Source: a virus
Taxonomy: Duplodnaviria > Heunggongvirae > Uroviricota > Caudoviricetes
Virus record (IMG/VR): IMGVR_UViG_3300046542_000361
Strand: one strand, 5' to 3'
Length of the DNA: 51,436 nucleotides
Shown here piece after piece: positions 8,672 to 17,400 of this stretch. A program made the translations under genes and the position numbers. Under the pieces are notes generated by a model. It was not told where the DNA came from, ran no database searches, and was given only the letters and a program-made list of their open reading frames with translations. Positions within the stretch are counted from its first letter, which is position 1, and the number at the start of each line of letters is the position of its first letter.

Positions 8672-10534
8672 CTAGGCCCGCCAAGCCCCATCCTGATAGG
8701 TGACGAGCGTGCGCTTGCCGTTGCGGTATTGGATCGTGTCGGTCACGGTCCAGCCCGAGGGGCCTTTGTTGTAACCCTGGTGCAGGTTCTTGACGCCGGA
8801 GACATAGACTTCGTCGAGGATCTCGGAGGAGTGCTTGTCGCCAATATTCATCGGCCGCCCCAAAGCCGCATAGCCGGCCACTGAGCCGCGTGCGCCGTTT
8901 GCCCCTCTGAAGCCGTGATGACCGCACTCAACGCCGTTGACGACGAAGCTCTGGCCGTCATGCGCCCAATGAATGTCAGACAGGTCGAGCCCTTCCCTCT
9001 CCGCGATCAGATTGACCGCATATTCGAGCAGCGAGAAAGAGCGCGGCTTACGGCCGGCGTCGAGATCCATCGCCACTTCCTCGCGCCAGGCGAGATAGGC
9101 GTCCTCGAGCTGCAGGCCGAAGCGGATATTGATGCCGTCGTTGCGGTAGCGACCCTCGCGGACATAGCGCTCAAGCGCGATGTCGTGGTTGGACTCGACG
9201 ACGGTGACAGCCGCGGTCTGGCGCAGCTCTTCGAGCAGGTAGACCACGCCCTTCACTTCGTCGGCAACGCTCTCACGGCCGCGCACGGCGACCTCGTAGC
9301 TATGGGCATTGTCGTGGACGTTGTGATGATTGCGCCGGTAGTTGTCGAAGATGTCATGGACGATGACGCGCTTCGGCCTGATCGAGCGGACCAGGCTGTT
9401 TGACGTCCGAAAGGTTGCGTCGTAATTCTTGCGGTCTTCCTTGTCGTTGTGGAAGTCGGCCAGCACCGCTAGGTCGACGCCATCCTCGTCGATCTCGACG
9501 ACGCCATCCCGGATGAAGAATTCGAGGTCATGAAACGAGCCATCGGTATCGGCGAGCAGGTGGCGAACGAAGAGCTTGCCGGCCTGGTTGAACTCGAGGA
9601 GCACGGCGCCGAGCTTGTGCGAGCTGAGCGCCTTGATGCCGGCCTTGCGCGGGATGATCTTCGGACGCGTGACCATGCCGGTCGTCAGAACCTGGTGCGC
9701 CTGCTTTGCGGGATCGAGCGTCGGAACGGATTTGAGCTGGATCTTGGCGTGCGGAAAGACCGTCCACTTACCGCGCGAATAGCCGGCGAGGTCGCCAATC
9801 GGGCGATTGGCCGTCGGCAGCATGTTCATTTCGCCGGCAAAGACGAAGTTGTCGCCGATCTCCATCTGGCCGAAGCACAGATATTCCTGGATCTCCGGCG
9901 CATAGGAGCGGACAGCCGGGTTATTCTCTGCCCACCATTGCGTCTCGTAGGTGCCAGGCCCGACGATAATGTCAGCGTCGAGGAAGTTGGCGTAGGCCTG
10001 AAGGTTCTGCCAGAAGTCGCCGTCCACCGGGCAGTCGTTCTGGGCGCCGGTCAGAATGAACCTGCGACCGCGAGGATCCAGGACGCTTTCGACCTTGAGG
10101 ATATCGGTCAGCCAGGTGCGCGGCACGCCCTCGGTCGACTCAGGCGTTCCACTGGCGCGACTATAGCGATTGACCAGCGTTCCTTCGACCACCAGGGCGT
10201 CAGGATTGATCACCGGGTAGCGCGACGAGGAAAGCAGCTCGTGCAACTGCTCGCGCAGCAGGGAGGCGCGTGCGTTGGCGTGGATCATCGGATCGACGGC
10301 GACCTTCTCCTTGCCTGGCGCGCGCACACCGACACGAGAGATCAGTTCCGGAATGTTTTCGCCGGCACGTTTGCGCCCGCGCATGATTGCCGCTTTATTC
10401 CGGACTGTCTGATACGAAAGCTTCAGCTCGTAGCCGACGTCAGCAAGAAAAGGATAGGTAGCGGGATCGTTATACACCCGGATGAAGGCTTCATCGTCTG
10501 GCGTCAACGTTGTTTCCGGTCCGACTTCTTTCAT
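8672..10534 (-). CDS. N-terminal HTH + calcineurin-like metallophosphoesterase (T5 A1-like)
   Basis: LADFH, HDIFD, ESNHD, HHG and GDKHS motifs; C-terminal GYNKGPSGW; family link to T5 A1 is from recall. Confidence 0.65.
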   Translation of the reverse strand: MKEVGPETTLTPDDEAFIRVYNDPATYPFLADVGYELKLSYQTVRNKAAIMRGRKRAGENIPELISRVGVRAPGKEKVAVDPMIHANARASLLREQLHELLSSSRYPVINPDALVVEGTLVNRYSRASGTPESTEGVPRTWLTDILKVESVLDPRGRRFILTGAQNDCPVDGDFWQNLQAYANFLDADIIVGPGTYETQWWAENNPAVRSYAPEIQEYLCFGQMEIGDNFVFAGEMNMLPTANRPIGDLAGYSRGKWTVFPHAKIQLKSVPTLDPAKQAHQVLTTGMVTRPKIIPRKAGIKALSSHKLGAVLLEFNQAGKLFVRHLLADTDGSFHDLEFFIRDGVVEIDEDGVDLAVLADFHNDKEDRKNYDATFRTSNSLVRSIRPKRVIVHDIFDNYRRNHHNVHDNAHSYEVAVRGRESVADEVKGVVYLLEELRQTAAVTVVESNHDIALERYVREGRYRNDGINIRFGLQLEDAYLAWREEVAMDLDAGRKPRSFSLLEYAVNLIAEREGLDLSDIHWAHDGQSFVVNGVECGHHGFRGANGARGSVAGYAALGRPMNIGDKHSSEILDEVYVSGVKNLHQGYNKGPSGWTVTDTIQYRNGKRTLVTYQDGAWRA

Positions 10535-10588
10535 AGTTATTCTATTCTCTTTTAGAGTATAAGATATATAGAAGAGAGACGGACCGGA
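10515..10588. repeat. Palindromic element copy 1 (TCCGGTCCG...AT-rich...CGGACCGGA)
   Basis: Inverted GC arms around an AT-rich core; related copy at 39553. Confidence 0.8.
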
Positions 10589-10927
10589 TTACTTCGCGGT
10601 CGCGTCGAAATTCTTTCGAAGGTTCTCGTAGAAATCCGTAATCGTCTGAGCCTTCGTCCGGCATGCAAGCAGGTTCAAGCGGTCCCGGCGCCAAAGCTTT
10701 TCCGACTCGGCACGGGTAATATCGCGGTCAGGGATGAAGACCGGCCGAGGGCACACGGGCTCGCAGGTGCCGTCGGGCTTGCAAAGAAGGAGCTCGGGCG
10801 GCAGTGCCGGCAGCTCGATCTTGGCCTTAGCGGACGGCGTTAAGGCGCTGCACGCCGCTACGCTTGATGCCAACATCAGAACCGCCAGCATCCTGGTCAG
10901 CTTCCGCGTCGAGACGGTCACTTTCAT
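10589..10927 (-). CDS. Outer-membrane spanin (Rz1-like lipoprotein)
   Basis: Lipobox VAAC, Pro-rich; GGAG RBS before ATG 10927; overlaps the i-spanin 3' end. Confidence 0.8.
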   Translation of the reverse strand: MKVTVSTRKLTRMLAVLMLASSVAACSALTPSAKAKIELPALPPELLLCKPDGTCEPVCPRPVFIPDRDITRAESEKLWRRDRLNLLACRTKAQTITDFYENLRKNFDATAK

Positions 10928-11171
10928 TTTCAAGCTCCTGAATTTTAACAACCAGGGCGGCGACGTCTTCGCGCAGACCCTTTTCAGCAGAGGCGACAGC
11001 AACGGCGTTGGCCTTGCGCATGTCTTCCTTTTCCTGCTCGGCGATCACACCGCGGGCATCCCAGCCGCGATCGTAGATGACGCTATAGGCGTAGATGCCA
11101 CCGGCAACGGCAGCGACGGCGAGGCCGGCACAGATCCAGCCGAGGTAGGGTGCAAGAAGCGCCTTGATCAT
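10827..11171 (-). CDS. Inner-membrane spanin (Rz-like)
   Basis: N-terminal TM helix followed by coiled coil, directly after endolysin. Confidence 0.8.
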   Translation of the reverse strand: MIKALLAPYLGWICAGLAVAAVAGGIYAYSVIYDRGWDARGVIAEQEKEDMRKANAVAVASAEKGLREDVAALVVKIQELENESDRLDAEADQDAGGSDVGIKRSGVQRLNAVR

Positions 11172-11791
11172 TTCGGTAGCCCCGACACGCAGATCTCGGC
11201 TTCACCCATGCGCTGGGCGTCACCCATTTCGCGGCGCTTGACCAGGCCGTCGACGATGACGCCGCCTGCCTTGTTGAACGCGGTCTGAGCCTCGCAGCCT
11301 TTGCGATAGTCGCCGGCCATATGGAAGCGGGTTGCGCTCGATCCAGCCATGCCCTTGCGGGATGCGACCGAGCCGACGCCGAAGTTATAGGCGCCGGAAA
11401 GCATTGCCGCCTGAACGCCGACCGGGAAGCTGGTGAAGCCAGGCACCTGCTTGACGAGGGGCAGATAATAGTCGCGGTAGATCTGCTCGCGGGTCATCTG
11501 CATGCATTCGGCGCGGCTGAAGCGCATGTTTGCCGTAACCGGTTTGCCGTTGATACGGGTGATGCCGGCGCAGATGTCGTAGATCTTGGCGAACCGATCC
11601 CAATGCGCCTGCAGGACCATGCCTTCCCAGGGCAGGATCAGACTATTGGTGGCGAGAATGACGGCCGGAGGTAGAACGGTCTCGCTGGTATCCTTCTGGC
11701 TATGCCAACCGAGGGATGCGGCCGCAAGAAGTGCGGCAGCGATGGCTGCTACGCCGCGGCTGGATTTGGTGATCCTATTTACGGGCATCAT
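11168..11791 (-). CDS. Endolysin, GH24 lysozyme with probable SAR anchor
   Basis: Ala-rich N-terminal hydrophobic segment; EG-x7-D...ICAGIT, AYNFGVG, GLVKRR..E. Confidence 0.88.
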   Translation of the reverse strand: MMPVNRITKSSRGVAAIAAALLAAASLGWHSQKDTSETVLPPAVILATNSLILPWEGMVLQAHWDRFAKIYDICAGITRINGKPVTANMRFSRAECMQMTREQIYRDYYLPLVKQVPGFTSFPVGVQAAMLSGAYNFGVGSVASRKGMAGSSATRFHMAGDYRKGCEAQTAFNKAGGVIVDGLVKRREMGDAQRMGEAEICVSGLPK

Positions 11792-11996
11792 CGAATTCCT
11801 TCTGAGCCGCCATGCGAAAGTAGAAGGCCAGGGCCGAGGTCACGGCCGACAGGCTGGCGAAGAGGCCGAGCGGAATGAAAACGGGCGCGCCGAAGACTGC
11901 GAAATAAACCTCAAGTCCGGACAGGCCGATCGCCAGGGCGGTAAATCGCTGCGAGTGGGCCTTGGTCAGGATCTTCTTCCAATCGGGGCGCAGCAT
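11775..11996 (-). CDS. Holin-like two-TM protein
   Basis: 3' part of ORF 11775..12275 (MLRPDWKKIL...); TGATG coupling; two hydrophobic helices and a basic C-terminus. Confidence 0.7.
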   Translation of the reverse strand: MLRPDWKKILTKAHSQRFTALAIGLSGLEVYFAVFGAPVFIPLGLFASLSAVTSALAFYFRMAAQKEFDDARK

Positions 11997-12355
11997 CAGC
12001 GCACCTCGAGATTGATGGCCTGACGGCCGTCGGGCTTCGGGGTCATTTCCCAATAGGCCTTCTTGGGCATCGAGCTCCCCTGCTCGATGACGGTCGTCAA
12101 GCGGACCACGGCTTCCGTCAGCTGGCCGGTCTTCTGGCTGAGCTCCTTGGTGATCTGACGATCCTCGTCGGTGCGATCGAGGCGCGTATCCTGCTGCTGG
12201 TTCTTGGAAAGGATTTCCTGAACGACAGGGTTGTTCTTCGGCTCGAGGGTCTTGAAGTAGGAGATCACGTTCCAACCAACGGTCACGAGACCGATAAGGC
12301 CGGCCACGAGCGCGATCGTCTCCTTATTCACGGTGAAAGAAGGCAGAGCGGCCAT
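11996..12355 (-). CDS. Single-TM lysis-cassette protein (holin/antiholin candidate)
   Basis: One TM helix plus coiled coil at the head of the lysis cassette. Confidence 0.55.
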   Translation of the reverse strand: MAALPSFTVNKETIALVAGLIGLVTVGWNVISYFKTLEPKNNPVVQEILSKNQQQDTRLDRTDEDRQITKELSQKTGQLTEAVVRLTTVIEQGSSMPKKAYWEMTPKPDGRQAINLEVR

Positions 12356-12377
12356 AGCAGTTGATCCTTGGGGGTCG

Positions 12378-12397
12378 GTAAATCAATATTTACTGAC
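12378..12397. promoter_or_regulatory. 20-bp palindromic motif A
   Basis: GTAAATCAATATTTACTGAC. Confidence 0.7.
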
Positions 12398-12818
12398 CAT
12401 TATAGGCAAGAGCGAATCCCGTGGCAACTCCTGACAGAACTTCCTTTGCCGTATCGCGGCTTTGCTGGATAGCAGCCGGCGTTTGCGCCTCCCTCACCTG
12501 GGTTTTCCCAGCCAGGCGCGCGACCTCGATGTGACTGGAGAGCTCGCGCCACTGATGCGCCATGGTTAGCACGATCGCGGCCTGGTCGAGCAGCGTCAGC
12601 CCGTTCAGCTGCGCCTCGAGCACGATATGCGGCACGACGGCCGGGCTCACATCGGGATCAGCGGTGACGAGCTCGGCCTCCTTCTCCTTCTGCGTATAGA
12701 CCATCGACTGACCGGAGCCGGAGGTGATGAAGAGACCACGCACCGCTTCGGCGGTAGCGTCAATCTCCTGTTCGGCCGCGGTGCGCAGCGGTGTCAGATC
12801 CTTGGTCAGCCTAAGCAT
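12390..12818 (-). CDS. Tail-tip accessory/assembly protein (DUF4376-like)
   Basis: Helical protein, GQSMVYTQKEKEA pattern, position after tail tip genes. Confidence 0.55.
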   Translation of the reverse strand: MLRLTKDLTPLRTAAEQEIDATAEAVRGLFITSGSGQSMVYTQKEKEAELVTADPDVSPAVVPHIVLEAQLNGLTLLDQAAIVLTMAHQWRELSSHIEVARLAGKTQVREAQTPAAIQQSRDTAKEVLSGVATGFALAYNGQ

Positions 12819-13227
12819 TGACAGTCACCTTCAAGATAGCGGTTTGATAGGGCCACTTTTCCAGGACCAGCGTGTATTCGGCCGGCATGTCCGCGGAGAG
12901 CTCGAGCGTGCCGCCCGTCAGCTCGCTCACCTCACCGTCAAGGATCACCTCGATCGGATCAGGCAGACCAGTCAACGTGAAGGTTTCGCCAACGGTCAGC
13001 TGGGCAGTCGCGGGCACGTTGATCGCTGGACGGCGTGTGATCTGGCCGTCGTTGATATAGTCCAGCATCGGGTCGCACTCGACGTTCTGCGTGCCGTTTT
13101 CCGTCATGATCGGCGGAAAGTTACGATACTCGATCCCATTGGCGTCCATCGTCTCAAACAGGTCGGGTGGGACGGGATCGAAAACGATGTGACGGATGAG
13201 GCCTTCAGGGGTGTGTTCGATGATCAT
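12811..13227 (-). CDS. Hypothetical tail-associated protein
   Basis: 138-aa ORF overlapping both neighbours. Confidence 0.6.
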   Translation of the reverse strand: MIIEHTPEGLIRHIVFDPVPPDLFETMDANGIEYRNFPPIMTENGTQNVECDPMLDYINDGQITRRPAINVPATAQLTVGETFTLTGLPDPIEVILDGEVSELTGGTLELSADMPAEYTLVLEKWPYQTAILKVTVNA

Positions 13228-13598
13228 TAGCCAAAATTCCAGATGTAATACCAGGCGATGTAGGGGATCGAATAAGGGTTGCTAAAGACGATCCGGTTAT
13301 TATACAGCGACGCTACATTAGCGGAACTCCACATTTCACTTAGGGTCATGTAGTAATAGTTGCTGTCCTGGCCGAAGCCGTTCCACGGAACGACAGCAAT
13401 TGGCAACCGGGTGAAGGTGCGCCCGAAGAAAACAGTCTGCGAGCCGTTTGCTGGAATACTGACGCTACCCGAAAGAAGAAGGCTCATCGCCGACCAGTCA
13501 GACGAAAACTGCAGATTGGCATTGCCTGTCGTCAGCACGTCAAAGCCGGGTGACGAGACCTTCATGCCATTCGCATTAAGAAGAACTCTGTTTGCCAT
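13227..13598 (-). CDS. Tail-tip small protein, paralogue 3
   Basis: Starts MANRVLL (TGATG coupling); shares N-terminal motif with the two upstream genes. Confidence 0.7.
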   Translation of the reverse strand: MANRVLLNANGMKVSSPGFDVLTTGNANLQFSSDWSAMSLLLSGSVSIPANGSQTVFFGRTFTRLPIAVVPWNGFGQDSNYYYMTLSEMWSSANVASLYNNRIVFSNPYSIPYIAWYYIWNFG

Positions 13599-13996
13599 CA
13601 GCCAGGAATTCCCCATACACGATACGCGACATACCGCTGCGAGGCGCTGCCTTGAGGGGCCACATTCGGCACGATGCTGCCATCGGGGCCGTTCTGCGCC
13701 ACCTGGAAACGAATGAGGGTATTCGACAGAAACCGCGTGATGATATAATACCAACCAAGGCTCTCCATCTCGACCAGCGGTCGAAATCCCAGGTTCGGAA
13801 TGGCGACGTCGGTAGTGACAAACGAGCCGCCCGTCTGAGGAATGATGCCGAACTGCACGACCTGCGCCGCCTTCATATCGCTTCTGAACAGGAAATCCGT
13901 GGCGACATTCGAGTTCAGCGCATCCTTCCCCGCCTTGGAGATCCAGAGCCCGAAAGCGCCGGGCTCGCGCTGACCCAATACAACTCGATTGCTCAT
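13598..13996 (-). CDS. Tail-tip small protein, paralogue 2
   Basis: Starts MSNRVVL (ATGA overlap). Confidence 0.7.
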   Translation of the reverse strand: MSNRVVLGQREPGAFGLWISKAGKDALNSNVATDFLFRSDMKAAQVVQFGIIPQTGGSFVTTDVAIPNLGFRPLVEMESLGWYYIITRFLSNTLIRFQVAQNGPDGSIVPNVAPQGSASQRYVAYRVWGIPG

Positions 13997-14430
13997 TGCA
14001 CCCTCATCAGAAAATAGCGGAACCAACCCCAGGACATTGTGTTCGCGTTCGGCGGCCACCAAGGCGCGGACGCTTGGATCTCGACCTGCCTGGTGTTCGG
14101 ATTGTAGGAGGCGCCAAATGCGCTGCCGACGCTCGAAGGTGACCAATCGAGATCGGTCCATTCCGGGCGTGCGGAGACGATGACAAGCGGCAGGTTCGGG
14201 TAGTTGGCCGGCACGATGAAGCTCGAGGTCCACACCGGTCCAACCATGTCGACACGGGCCATCTGACCCCGGACCAGGCCTTGCTGGTGGATGACTGCCA
14301 GGGAGGCCCAGCGGCTGTCAAAGGCCAGTTGCTCCACAGGCAAGGCGGGATCGAGCACATTCGCGCCGGGGCGCGAGACCCGCAGAACGAAGGTGTTGTC
14401 GAAAGCGCCGAGAATAAGCCGGTTGCTCAT
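13993..14430 (-). CDS. Tail-tip small protein, paralogue 1
   Basis: Starts MSNRLIL; coupled to the J stop codon. Confidence 0.7.
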   Translation of the reverse strand: MSNRLILGAFDNTFVLRVSRPGANVLDPALPVEQLAFDSRWASLAVIHQQGLVRGQMARVDMVGPVWTSSFIVPANYPNLPLVIVSARPEWTDLDWSPSSVGSAFGASYNPNTRQVEIQASAPWWPPNANTMSWGWFRYFLMRVQ

Positions 14431-17400
14431 CAGGTATTGTCCGCGATCAGAATGCGTTTGTTGTTCAGATCGACCTGCATCTTGCCGTCCGACGACTGCA
14501 GCAGACCCGAGGTGATCGTGCCGATGTTGGCTGAGATTGCCGACAGCGACGAGACCGACAATGCCGTTGCCTGGATAGTGCCGGTCTTGATGTTCGAGCC
14601 GTCGATCGTCGTGCGGCCGTAATTGGCCGTCAGATCCTTACCGCCCAGGTAGAGCGCCAGGATGACCGCGTTGGCGCCAAAAGCGACAGCCGGGTCGGTC
14701 GTTGCCGTGATAGTGTTCGCGCCCTTGACCCAGATGAGATAAAGGAAGCCGCTCGTCCAGACAGCATTGCCGGCCGTGATCGCCCTGCTGGCCGTATTGC
14801 CATCGTCACCGATGTAACGGATGGTGCCGCTCGTCCAGGCGACGCTGTTGATCGTCGGGCTGTTGTGCTCGAAATTCAGACCGTCGGTCGTGATACCGCG
14901 CATGCCGATCGTCAGCACGTTGGCGTGAACCGAGTTGGCAGCCAGCGCCCCGCCGTTGATCATGGTGGTATCGCCACCATAGCGCCAGTCAGCAAGCGAC
15001 ACGCCGCTCGAGATCTTGATCATTCCCGGCTCGATCTGGGTCGTGCCGTTGTTGATCGTGTCGGCCGGGTCGCCGCTCGCGCCGATGTCGGACAGCGGAA
15101 TATTCCCGCCGCTGGTCGCAACGATGACGCTACCCGAAAGGATCGAACCGGCCTTGATCTTCCCGGCGTCAATCTCGACGATATGGGCGCTTTCGATGAA
15201 CGCCTCGTCGATCAGCGCGAAGCTGGAGATCAGCGCGTCGGGCGGCAGATCGCCAGGATTGATAGCGCCGGCAGTCGCCGTTGCTACATCACCCCAGTCG
15301 CTCCTGTTTTCGGACGTGTCGACCGCGCGGACACGGTAGCTCCAGACGTCACCGACAGTCAGCGACGAATGAATGAAGGCCGGCGCTTGGCAGAAGTAGA
15401 TGGTCGAAAGGCCGCCCTTGGTTGCCTCGACCTCGTAAAAACTGACGTCCGTTTCGGGCGAGAGCTCCCAGTCCACCCAGATCGAGCGGAAGAGACCGAT
15501 AGCACTGGCACCCGTCGGCACCGACGGCGCCTCGGTATCGACCACAGCCTTGATCGTCAGTGCTTCGCAGAAGTCCGACACATTGCCGAGCCGATCGCGC
15601 GCCCGGACCTTGATCTCGTAGTCGAAGCCAGCAATGGCGTCGAACTCGCAGGAGTTGACGGCGACCGGCAGCACGACCCAGTTGCCGACGCCCTGTTTGA
15701 CTGCAAAGTCGTAGGCGACGACGTCAGTCTCGGCGTTTGCATTCCAGGTCGCAGAGACGCGCGCCACGCCGTCGACGAAGTCCGTCGCGACAGCCAGGCC
15801 GGTCGGCACGGCAGGCGGATCGGTTTCGAAAAGACCGGTGGTCGAGACGAGCATCGCCGGCGAAATGTTGAGCCCGGTCTTGCCAAAGGCGTCGTAGGCG
15901 GCAGCGCGGACATAATAGGTCTGCAATTCCTCGCCAGGGAACACGTAGGCGCTACCAGTGCCGTCATAGCGCGGCGTCGTCGCGTAAGGATCAAAGTCGG
16001 CCGTGGTCTCCACCCAGATCAGCACGCCGGCGAGATCGGTGTCGACCTGCGTCGGCCAGTTCAGATGAATATTGGTAACGGAGACAAAGGCGGTCGGGTT
16101 GAAGGCTGCCGGCACAGGGTTCGAAACGGAGATCGTCGCCGGGTTGCTCTCGCGTGCCAGCGTATCGGTAACAGTGACGTCGAAGCGCAGCGTGCGCGTA
16201 GGACCGGCCAGTCCCGCGCGCTTGGTGTCGGCTGCGTTCATTTCAAGCGTGTAGCCGTAGATCGTGCTCTCGACCTTCTGCGTGCGCAGCAGCGTGCCCG
16301 TGGTCGTGTCCCAGACCTTGATCGTGTTGAAGTCGTAGAAAGGGCTGCGAACATTGGCGACCGTAGCGCCGTCGGCCGTCACTGAGGTCGTGACCGGGAA
16401 GTTGTTGAACCAGGAAATGTTCGCCGTCGAGCCCGAGAAGTGGACGCCGTCTTCGCTGTCGTTGAGCTTCAGGTTGGAGACGGTCGGCGAGGCAGCTACA
16501 GCCCAGCCGGCGATCTCGTATTCGAGCGCGGCCGGCTGCGAGCGCACCGACGAGAAGCTGATCGCGTAGACATAGAAGGTGTATTCGCCCGTCGGCAGCT
16601 CGGTGATGTCGATCGAGTTGTTCTGCGTCGTGCCAACGATGTTATAGCCGCTCGTGGGCGAGAGCATCGCGACTTCGTATTCCTTCGTCAGGAAGTCGCG
16701 CGGATTCGACCAGGAGAGCGTCAGTGTCGATTTGGGCAGCCCATTTTCGAGATAGCTGACTTCATGAACCTGCAGGTTCTCGACCGGCAGGCTTTCGTTG
16801 TTCGGCCGGGTGTAGGTGGTCGGCTGCAGAACGCCGATATTCTCGACACGGAAATACTTGTTCGGATCATGGAACAGCGCCGTGATCGCGAAGATGTTCT
16901 TCTTGTCTTCCTTGATGGTGATGACGCGGTAGAGGCGCGGCTGGATATCCGTGCCACGCATGACCCACATCGAGTTGACCAGCGGCAGCTCGACGAGCTC
17001 GTCGGCCAGAACGATGCGGTCGTAACCGATGCTCTCGCCGTTCTCAAACAGCTCGTTGGCGAAGGATGCGATATCGCAGAGCTTCACCTCGCCGTTCGGC
17101 AGGGTGACGTAGACCTGGTAGGTGGCGCCGAGCGTCGGCACGAAGGGACCGTCGAGCCAGAGCTGCGTCTCCTCGGCAGCCTTCAGACGGCCGCCCAGGC
17201 GGATCTGCGCCTTGGCAGGATCGGCGATCGCGATGATGTCGCCCGGTCGAACGTCGGTCGAGTCCCAGGATGCGGAGAAGTCGACCGTCTCGGTCTCGTT
17301 CTGCTCGACATCGAGGATCCATTTGCCATAGCGATGCGCCAGGCCGCGCGACGTGCAGCCCTGCAGCGACACCTGCTTTTCGCGCCAGCCGTAGCGGCGC

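Noticed and set aside
11775-12275. 166-aa ORF
   Set aside because: The upstream part overlaps the 119-aa gene in another frame; only the coupled 73-aa part looks real.
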